From Croceivirga sp. (GTDB lineage Bacteria > Bacteroidota > Bacteroidia > Flavobacteriales > Flavobacteriaceae): a stretch of 64,000 bases of DNA. Below the pieces are notes generated by a model that did no database searches, was not told the DNA's origin, and saw only the letters and a program-made list of their open reading frames with translations. This document shows positions 10,017-17,737 of this stretch, piece after piece. The stretch is from assembly GCA_028281025.1 (NCBI GenBank), contig JANQKR010000034.1, forward strand, positions 9,848 through 73,847, given 5' to 3'. Numbering within the stretch: the first letter of the stretch is position 1; every line of letters begins with the position of its first letter. The translations under genes and the position numbers were made by a program.

Positions 10017-10062
10017 CCTTGACTAACTAACTCAAAAATTTGATAAAATGAAAACATCCTAC

Positions 10063-10800
10063 CTAGTTTGACCCTGCATAGGGATCAAAGCCTTTTGGGA
10101 GATACGTGGCCGTATCAAAACCCAGATCAATTTCTTCTTCCTCAATGTAGTTGATGGCACTTAGGGCAACCGTATTTGGAAAGGAATCAAAGTCTACCGG
10201 CAGATATTCCTTGGTATCCAAACCAAGTTCCCATTCCACCTTTTCCATATCCACGTAATGCAAAGTGTCTATATCAAAGTACACTTCGTAAGGATTAAAG
10301 CCTTCCGGAAGATAATCTTCGGTATCAAAACCCAGTTCCACTGTTTCCTCCTCCATATAGTTAACGGAGTTGATATCAAAAGTAGAAGCGTAGGGATCGA
10401 ATCCTTCCGGCAAATAGTCCCAGGTTTCAAAACCAAGGTCAACTTCGGTGTTATCTTCGATATATATTACGGAATTCAAATCGAAAAAGCTTTCATAGGG
10501 ATCAAATCCTTCAGGAAGGTAATCTCCGGTCTCAAAACCTAAATCTACCTCGGACTCCTCTTCAATGAAATCAATATCGTCCAAATTCAACTCATAAGTC
10601 TTGCTTTCCTCGTAAGTCCATACATAAGGGGAAGCTTCCTCAACTACATCGGCCTCAACAGTAAGGGCCGCAAAATTGTTCTCAAAGCTACGGTTGATTT
10701 CTTGACTGGCCTGAAAGACAGGAACCGCACTTTTTTGTTCTTCTGCTATGGGGCTACTGCTCATTAATAGACACCCATAAATTAATAATAACTTGTTCAT
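10063..10800 (-). CDS. Secreted acidic protein with 5 LGF[ED]TxxYLPxGF[DN]PY repeats
   Basis: Likely start MNKLLLIYGCLL; five ~35-aa repeats, paralogous to 9422-9721. Confidence 0.85.
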   Translation of the reverse strand: MNKLLLIYGCLLMSSSPIAEEQKSAVPVFQASQEINRSFENNFAALTVEADVVEEASPYVWTYEESKTYELNLDDIDFIEEESEVDLGFETGDYLPEGFDPYESFFDLNSVIYIEDNTEVDLGFETWDYLPEGFDPYASTFDINSVNYMEEETVELGFDTEDYLPEGFNPYEVYFDIDTLHYVDMEKVEWELGLDTKEYLPVDFDSFPNTVALSAINYIEEEEIDLGFDTATYLPKGFDPYAGSN

Positions 10801-11067
10801 TTTTCGATTGATTTGATGATTGATGTTAATGCTTATAAGACTGCTCAAATTTCCATTTGTTACAGTCGATCACTTCATTTTAACAAAACTTCAATACGCT
10901 CTTAGCACAAGTATAGTGGGCGTTTTGAGCCAAACCATCAATAAAATGCAGGATTCCCAAAGGTTAATATCGATCGGCAAAAAAAAATTTGTTAATAGGA
11001 TTTTAACACTTTTCTTAGGTAATTTTTTGGTTCTTTGAACGAATACACCATATTCAAATTAATCAAA

Positions 11068-13566
11068 ATGACGCAAAAATTGTTGGTGAGGATCGTAATC
11101 CTTTTCCTTTTTATGGGCTCATTTCAAACTTCCGAAGCCCAACTTTTCAAAAAAAAGAAGAAAAAAACCGAAACAAAGGCCCCAGAAAAACCTAAAAAAG
11201 GAGCCATTAAACCCTATGAAAAAGTAATTACCAAAGATGCCAAAACCGATGACGGCCTTTTTAAGGTACATCAGGTAGAGGACAAACACTTCTACGAAAT
11301 TCCGGATTCCCTATTTCAAAGGGAAATGTTGATGGTGAGCCGAATCTCCAAAACCGCCACGGGAATCGGTTTTGGAGGGGGAAAAATCAATACTCAGGTC
11401 CTACGCTGGGAGAAGAAACCAAAAAAGGTGTTGTTGCGCGTGGTCTCTTATGGAAACTATGCCGCGGATTCCCTTCCCATTCATGAGGCCGTTGTGAATT
11501 CCAATTTTGAACCTGTGCTTTTTGCCTTCGACATTAAAGCATTCAATAAAAAGGATTCCTTGAATCCGGCCACGGTAATCGAAATAGACCCCTTGTTCAC
11601 CAAAGATGTGAACCCTTTGGGTATGCCGGATAGGTTTAGGAAAAGATACAAAGTGAGTCGTATGGACGGGGACCGCAGTTATATTGAGTCCATAAAAAGT
11701 TACCCCTTGAATATTGAGGCACGTCATGTAAAAACCTACGCTGCTAAGGAACCCCCAAGCAATCAAAGCATGGGTTCAATTTCAGTTGAAATCAATAATT
11801 CCATGATCTTGTTGCCCGAAGAGCCTATGAAACGTCGCTATTTTGATGAGCGCGTAGGTTGGTTTGCCAGGGGACAGGTAGATTATGGCCTCGATGTCCA
11901 AAAGAGCAAGACGGTACGTTATTTGGATCGCTGGCGACTGGAAGTAAAGGATGAAGATGTGGAGAAATTTAAAGCCGGGGAATTGGTGGAACCCAAAAAA
12001 CAGATTGTCTATTATATTGATCGGGCCACACCCGAAAAATGGAGGCCTTACATTAAACAGGGCATTGAAGATTGGCAGGTAGCTTTTGAGGCCGCAGGAT
12101 TTAAAAATGCCATCATTGCCAAAGACCCCCCAACACAAGAAGAAGATCCCGAATGGTCGCCAGAGGATGTTCGGTATTCCGTGGTCCGCTACTTGGCATC
12201 GCCAATTCCAAATGCGAACGGGCCCCATGTCAGTGACCCGAGAAGCGGTGAAATTTTGGAGTCCGATATCAATTGGTACCACAATGTCATGTCGCTACTT
12301 CGCAATTGGTTCTTTGTACAGACAGCAGCTATAAATCCCGAGGCCCGAAGCATGGAGTTCAGGGATGAAATCATGGGACGCTTAATCCGCTTTGTTTCCG
12401 CCCATGAAGTAGGCCATACCATAGGGTTGCCACATAATATGGGTAGCAGTGTAGCCTATCCCGTGGATTCCCTGCGTTCGGCCACCTTTACCAAAAAGTA
12501 TGGGACCGCACCTTCCATTATGGACTATGCCCGCTTTAACTACGTGGCACAGCCCGGTGATGACGGGGTGGCCTTAATGCCCGATATTGGTCCTTATGAC
12601 AAGCATTCGATCAACTGGGGATACCGTCCCATTTTGGGGAAATCGGCAGAGGAGGAAAAACCCATTTTAAATGAGTGGATTTTGGAGTATGCGGATGATC
12701 CCATGTATCGTTTCGGCCATCAACAAGTAGGGGATGTCCATGATCCAAGTTCCCAAACGGAAGATTTGGGGGACGATGCGGTGAAAGCCAGTACCTATGG
12801 CATTGCCAATCTTAAACGTATAGTTCCCAGTCTTATGGAATGGACCACGGAAGACGGTAAGGACTATGAAGATCTAAAAACGATGTACGGTCAGGTTGTA
12901 AACCAATTTAGACGGTATATGGGACACGTTTCCAACAATATTGGCGGGGTTTATGAATATTATAAGACCGCCGATCAGGAAGGTGCCGTCTATACCCATG
13001 TCCCCACGGACCATCAAAAAAAGTGTATGGAATTTATCCAGACACAGCTTTTTGAAACCCCGGAATGGTTACTTGACCAGGAAATCTTCAACAAGGTACA
13101 GTATTCCGGTTCGGTAGAACGCATTCGGGCGCTGCAGGTCGGAACATTGAACAATATCATGCACTTGGGTAAAATGGCAAGAATCATTGAAAACGAAACC
13201 ATGAATGGAAGAGGGGCCTATGGGCTTTTGGAAATGATGCGTGATATGCGCCGAGGAATATGGTCCGAAACACGAAACGGAAGAAAAATAGATACCTACA
13301 GACGCAATCTACAAAAGGCACATATTGATCGTCTTGAATATTTGATGACGGCAGAAAACCAGAAAAAACAACCCGCACTTGGAGGTTACCGAAAATCCAC
13401 GGTCGTAAATACCAGTCAATCGGATATCCGTTCGGTGGCGCGTGCCGAATTGAACAATCTGAAACGGGACATTAGAAGTGGTCTTTCAAGAATTTCGGAT
13501 TCCATGAGCAGATATCACCTTCAGGATGCCCTGGAACGTATTGATATGATTTTGGACCCCAGTTAG
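11068..13566 (+). CDS. Zinc-dependent metalloprotease (Bacteroidota met-zincin, DUF5117/DUF4953-type)
   Basis: Signal peptide; HEVGHTIGLPHN zinc motif and SIMDY Met-turn. Confidence 0.93.
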   Translation: MTQKLLVRIVILFLFMGSFQTSEAQLFKKKKKKTETKAPEKPKKGAIKPYEKVITKDAKTDDGLFKVHQVEDKHFYEIPDSLFQREMLMVSRISKTATGIGFGGGKINTQVLRWEKKPKKVLLRVVSYGNYAADSLPIHEAVVNSNFEPVLFAFDIKAFNKKDSLNPATVIEIDPLFTKDVNPLGMPDRFRKRYKVSRMDGDRSYIESIKSYPLNIEARHVKTYAAKEPPSNQSMGSISVEINNSMILLPEEPMKRRYFDERVGWFARGQVDYGLDVQKSKTVRYLDRWRLEVKDEDVEKFKAGELVEPKKQIVYYIDRATPEKWRPYIKQGIEDWQVAFEAAGFKNAIIAKDPPTQEEDPEWSPEDVRYSVVRYLASPIPNANGPHVSDPRSGEILESDINWYHNVMSLLRNWFFVQTAAINPEARSMEFRDEIMGRLIRFVSAHEVGHTIGLPHNMGSSVAYPVDSLRSATFTKKYGTAPSIMDYARFNYVAQPGDDGVALMPDIGPYDKHSINWGYRPILGKSAEEEKPILNEWILEYADDPMYRFGHQQVGDVHDPSSQTEDLGDDAVKASTYGIANLKRIVPSLMEWTTEDGKDYEDLKTMYGQVVNQFRRYMGHVSNNIGGVYEYYKTADQEGAVYTHVPTDHQKKCMEFIQTQLFETPEWLLDQEIFNKVQYSGSVERIRALQVGTLNNIMHLGKMARIIENETMNGRGAYGLLEMMRDMRRGIWSETRNGRKIDTYRRNLQKAHIDRLEYLMTAENQKKQPALGGYRKSTVVNTSQSDIRSVARAELNNLKRDIRSGLSRISDSMSRYHLQDALERIDMILDPS

Positions 13567-13595
13567 TAAAAGGGGCACCCAGCAATCCATTTTTT

Positions 13596-13624
13596 AAGGG
13601 GCAAACGCAAAATTTGCCCCTTTT
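13596..13624 (+). terminator. Intrinsic terminator
   Basis: AAGGGGCAAA-CGCAAAA-TTTGCCCCTTTT. Confidence 0.75.
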
Positions 13625-13727
13625 ATCGCCAGTAACGATGTATTCACCTACAAAAATCATCCGTTGACAACATATTGAAAAAAGCATTCCATCGTTTTCG
13701 TAACTTTAATATCCCTAAATCCTACTT

Positions 13728-13910
13728 ATGAAAGCCTATAAAGTCAAAAGTCTAATCTATCTGGGTTGCTTTATCGTTGCCGCTGTGGTGTACTACCATA
13801 TTGAACAGGACCAAAAATATCAGAATTCCTTTTTAGCTTCCCAAACCGCACAATTGGAAGCCCAAGATCAGCCTGAGGAGGAAAAGAAAGAGGAAGTTGA
13901 CCTTAATTAA
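13728..13910 (+). CDS. Small membrane-anchored hypothetical protein (60 aa)
   Basis: One hydrophobic helix and an acidic tail; AT-rich 5' leader. Confidence 0.65.
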   Translation: MKAYKVKSLIYLGCFIVAAVVYYHIEQDQKYQNSFLASQTAQLEAQDQPEEEKKEEVDLN

Positions 13911-14005
13911 GGTACCCCTGTTAAAAGCTTCATAAATTACTTCACTGTCATTAAACCTTTATGATCGGTAACGGTCATAGGTGTAAATCAAAAACAGTTA
14001 ATATC

Positions 14006-14458
14006 ATGAAGTATGCAAAAGTGTTTGTGGTCATTGCCTTAATGTCCACAATAATCGTAAGTGCCCAGCAGCAAAGGCATTCTGGGGGCAAAGGTAAATA
14101 CTACAAAGAATTTACCGTAGAACAACTGGCCACCTTAAAAACCAAAAAAATGACCTTGGCCCTAGATCTATCCGAAAAGCAACAGCAAGAGGTCATGAAA
14201 TTCCATATGGCAGAAGTGGAATACCGCAAAACAAAAATGGAGGAACGGCAAGCCAAAAAAGAATCCGGCGAGTTAAAAAAACCAACCGCAGAGGAACGTT
14301 ATGCCATGGAGAATGCCAAATTGGACCGAATGATCGCACAGCAAAAACAGCTCAAGGAAATACTGTCGAACGAGCAATACGATCAATGGAAAAAAATGCA
14401 GCTGTATAGGCATTCGCAACAAAAACAAAAATCAAGAAAGGAAAGTAGAAGAGGGTAA
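14006..14458 (+). CDS. Secreted helical protein, Spy/CpxP- or DUF4890-like
   Basis: Signal peptide; MTLALDLSEKQQ and LKEILSNEQYDQW (LTxxQ-like) motifs. Confidence 0.75.
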   Translation: MKYAKVFVVIALMSTIIVSAQQQRHSGGKGKYYKEFTVEQLATLKTKKMTLALDLSEKQQQEVMKFHMAEVEYRKTKMEERQAKKESGELKKPTAEERYAMENAKLDRMIAQQKQLKEILSNEQYDQWKKMQLYRHSQQKQKSRKESRRG

Positions 14459-14476
14459 TGGTTTTTTGTTGATTGG

Positions 14477-14520
14477 AAAGCCCCGCACTCCCAAACCGAT
14501 GGGTAGTTTCGGGGCTTTTT
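14477..14520 (+). terminator. Intrinsic terminator with a long structured loop
   Basis: AAAGCCCCG...CGGGGCTTTTT. Confidence 0.7.
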
Positions 14521-14684
14521 CCTTTGTAAACGACCCTAAAACAGTAAACTCGTCTTGAGTTTACTGTTAAGCTTTTTATAATTGAGGTCATTCATCCATA
14601 AAAAGTGGCATTTCATCGTCATTGACAACATTACGCCATCTTCCCGGCGTACATACAAAAACGTTCATTTTAAATCTTAATGCA

Positions 14685-15488
14685 ATGAAAACAAGACAGA
14701 TGTTATCCATCCTTACCTTACTAGCCATCTGTTTGTTTACCAATGCCCAAGAAAAATTGCACTGTTCCTATGAGGACTGTGATTTTACAAAAGGCGAAGT
14801 TGTTTATCTTTTTGGGGACGATGTCCTGCTCCGTGAAGCACCCACTGTGGAATCCAAAATCCTTGGGAAACTGGACATTGGAACCCATATGGTCATCATG
14901 GAAAAACACAAAAACTCTTGGCCTTACAAGGGAATCGATTCCCATTTCTACAAGGTGGACTACAAAGGAACCGAAGGGTACATCCTTGGTGGTCTTATTG
15001 CTTTGGAGAAAAAAACGGTTCATGGGGTGACCCATCTCTTCGGTAGGGCAAAGTCCGCGCAGCAGGACTATTTACTGATTCGGACACTGAAAGGTGATGG
15101 AAAATTCACTGAAAAATCCGTTCGATTGGACAACCCCCAATTTTATCTTACCGTCCAGGGCAATAAAGGACTTTCGCAAATTGATGCCATGCTCTATGTA
15201 GATTACGTGGCGGAGGGTTGCGGTGTGGAAGGCGGTCGTATTTATTTCTTCCAAAAGGAGGATTCCCTTTACCAGGTAGCACGCCTTTCCCGGATTTTTG
15301 ATGCCGGTGTGTACGCTATCCAGGAGGAATTCATTTTTCCCGAAGATGCGGACGGGGTAGAAGGGAAAATCCGATACACCAAAGAATTGGCCGAATATTA
15401 TGACGATGCCGCCAATTGGGAAAAGAAAAGCCGTGAAAGCAAAGAGCTGATTTGGACAAACCATAGCCTTGGTCTGGCCCAACGGTAA
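14685..15488 (+). CDS. Secreted SH3-domain protein
   Basis: Signal peptide; VLLREAPTVESKILGKLDIGT...YKVDYKGTEGYI bacterial SH3 pattern. Confidence 0.8.
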   Translation: MKTRQMLSILTLLAICLFTNAQEKLHCSYEDCDFTKGEVVYLFGDDVLLREAPTVESKILGKLDIGTHMVIMEKHKNSWPYKGIDSHFYKVDYKGTEGYILGGLIALEKKTVHGVTHLFGRAKSAQQDYLLIRTLKGDGKFTEKSVRLDNPQFYLTVQGNKGLSQIDAMLYVDYVAEGCGVEGGRIYFFQKEDSLYQVARLSRIFDAGVYAIQEEFIFPEDADGVEGKIRYTKELAEYYDDAANWEKKSRESKELIWTNHSLGLAQR

Positions 15489-15745
15489 ATGATCCACTCT
15501 TATAAACGCAGAACTGGGGCAAGACCCCAGTTTTGTGTTGCACAAACCTACCCAACCTTCCGAAACCCAAAAAAAGGGTTTTCCCTGCTGCACCCCTTTA
15601 AGATTTCGGCTCGCCATAGGATAGCTACATCAATAGAACCCGTCTTGCGTTTGGAAAGGTGGTCATATTGATGGTTATGTTGGCAGTCGCTTTTGTACGC
15701 CATATTTCCTTTAACCCATTTTCAATCGTATCTTCATTTGTCAAA

Positions 15746-15905
15746 GAAGTGATTTAAACTTTTTGCGTTTAGGCGAAAATTAGGGATTTTTTGACCATTT
15801 GAAAGCTTTTTTGAGTTGCATAGCAGGGCTACGGAAGGAAAAAAAGAAGAAAAATGGGCAAAAAAGGACAATTTTTTAGCAAATGGAAAAAGTTTAAATC
15901 ACTTC
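15746..15905. repeat. Perfect 19-bp inverted repeat pair around a 122-bp segment (candidate inverton or MITE)
   Basis: GAAGTGATTTAAACTTTTT (15746-15764) and AAAAAGTTTAAATCACTTC (15887-15905). Confidence 0.85.
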
Positions 15906-15918
15906 AAAGTTAAAACCC

Positions 15919-16299
15919 ATGAACCTCAATCAAATTACGGCCCCCTCCTCAAATCTCTCCAAAACCATTCCTTTTTACCAAACTTTGGGACTCCGGTTAA
16001 TTGTTCATTCCGCTCCCCACTATGCCCGCTTTGTCTGCCCCAATGGAAATGCCACCTTTTCATTGCATCTGGTCAAGGAGCTTCCTAAAGGCGAAGGAAT
16101 TTATATCTATTTTGAATGTGATGATTTGGATACGCATGTAGAAGCGCTGGTTGAAAAAGGGGTGCATTTTGAAGAACTCCCCAACGATAAGCCATGGTTA
16201 TGGCGCGAAGCCCGACTAAAAGACCCGGACGGCAATCAATTGATTTTGTATCGTGCCGGGAAAAATCGGGTGAACCCCCCTTGGCGAATAAACGGATAG
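15919..16299 (+). CDS. VOC/glyoxalase family protein
   Basis: FYQTLGL, YFECDDLD and WLWREARLKDPDGNQL motifs. Confidence 0.92.
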   Translation: MNLNQITAPSSNLSKTIPFYQTLGLRLIVHSAPHYARFVCPNGNATFSLHLVKELPKGEGIYIYFECDDLDTHVEALVEKGVHFEELPNDKPWLWREARLKDPDGNQLILYRAGKNRVNPPWRING

Positions 16300-16450
16300 G
16301 CCTTAAAACCTATACTATCCAAATCAGTAGTTATTTTTATTGGTTCTTGAACCACCAAACCCATCCCAAGCACTTAAGACCATTTATTATGAAATGGATA
16401 TGAAAGGATACTAATGTCATTTCGAACCAAATCAGAAGCATGGGAAAGGC

Positions 16451-17653
16451 ATGAATCAATTCCCATGGCTTCATTACTTTAGTAGCCCTATGCAACAACG
16501 CAAACATATTCTCCCTACCATTGTAGTGGCCCAGTTTTGCTGTACCTCGTTATGGTTTGCCAGCAATGGGGTGATCGGGGAACTTGTCGCTAATTTTCAA
16601 TTGGGCAACAGTGCCCTGGGGAACTTAACCTCTGCTGTGCAGTTTGGTTTTATATCCGGCACGCTCATTTTTGCCCTATTGACCATTACCGATCGTTTTT
16701 CCCCTTCCAAGGTATTTTTTGTTTCCGCGCTATTGGGTGCCCTATTTAATTTTTCAATGCTATGGCCACATAACAGCTTGACCAGTCTTCTCATCTTTAG
16801 GTATTTCACTGGATTTTTCCTGGCAGGCATTTATCCCGTGGGGATGAAAATTGCAGCGGATTATTTTGACAAGGGACTCGGAAAGTCCCTGGGGTTTTTG
16901 GTTGGGGCATTGGTAGTGGGTACGGCCTTTCCGCATTTGCTCAAGGGATGGGGTGAGGCGGTGGCCTGGGAATCGGTCATTAAAACCACTTCCGGACTGG
17001 CCGTGTTTGGAGGATTGTCACTTTTCCTTTTTGTGCCCAATGGGCCGTTTCGTAAACCGAGTCAAAAGGTAGATTTAAAAGCATTTTTTAAGGTGTTCCG
17101 GCAAACGGATTTTAGGGCGGCGGCTTTCGGGTATTTTGGACATATGTGGGAACTGTACACCTTTTGGGCCTTTGTTCCCATACTCTTGGCAACTTATACA
17201 GACCTACACCAAGTCAAGGTATCCATAGCGATTTGGAGCTTTGTCATTATTGCCCTGGGAGGGCCGGCCTGCGTACTCGGGGGATACATTTCCCAAAAAA
17301 TGGGGGTGCGGAATACTGCTGGCACCGCTTTGTTCCTATCGGGCTGTTGTTGCCTATTGGTTCCCTTGGCATTCCTCCTGCCGTACCCAAGCCTTTTCTT
17401 GATTTTCCTCTGTTTTTGGGGCATGGTGGTCATTGCCGATTCGCCTTTGTTTTCTACCCTGGTAGCACAAAATGCCGAACCTCAGCTCAAAGGAACGGCA
17501 TTGACCATTGTTAACTGTATCGGCTTTGCCATAACCATTGTTAGTATCCAATTCATAGTTTACCTACAGACCCTTACGGCTTCCAATGGGTTATATCTTC
17601 TGCTGGCCATTGGTCCGCTGTTCGGCCTGATCTGCCTCTTTAACAAAAGGTAG
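16451..17653 (+). CDS. MFS transporter
   Basis: About 12 TM helices; TSLWFA, GIYPVGMK, GYFGHMWELY and ADSP motifs. Confidence 0.92.
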   Translation: MNQFPWLHYFSSPMQQRKHILPTIVVAQFCCTSLWFASNGVIGELVANFQLGNSALGNLTSAVQFGFISGTLIFALLTITDRFSPSKVFFVSALLGALFNFSMLWPHNSLTSLLIFRYFTGFFLAGIYPVGMKIAADYFDKGLGKSLGFLVGALVVGTAFPHLLKGWGEAVAWESVIKTTSGLAVFGGLSLFLFVPNGPFRKPSQKVDLKAFFKVFRQTDFRAAAFGYFGHMWELYTFWAFVPILLATYTDLHQVKVSIAIWSFVIIALGGPACVLGGYISQKMGVRNTAGTALFLSGCCCLLVPLAFLLPYPSLFLIFLCFWGMVVIADSPLFSTLVAQNAEPQLKGTALTIVNCIGFAITIVSIQFIVYLQTLTASNGLYLLLAIGPLFGLICLFNKR

Positions 17654-17737
17654 TTTTTAAATTGAATGTCATTCCTATCCCCATGTGCCACCCCGAGCTT
17701 ATTGAAGGAAATGTGACCTGGAAATGGTTATGGATCC

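Noticed and set aside
9422-10800. Reading the repeat proteins as a confirmed RiPP cluster
   Set aside because: No radical-SAM, ATP-grasp, P450 or other maturase gene is nearby; kept only as a hypothesis
13641-13710. CATTCCATCG and TTGACAACAT motifs shared with the region upstream of the SH3 gene (14609-14631)
   Set aside because: Short, in different order and spacing, and not distinguishable from chance in AT-rich DNA
15489-15745. Possible leftward gene downstream of the putative inverton promoter, and several small hairpins
   Set aside because: Minus-strand frames give only short ORFs (e.g. MKIRLKMG*, and a 51-aa MAYKSD... ORF) with no family resemblance; the hairpins are best explained as the SH3 gene terminator
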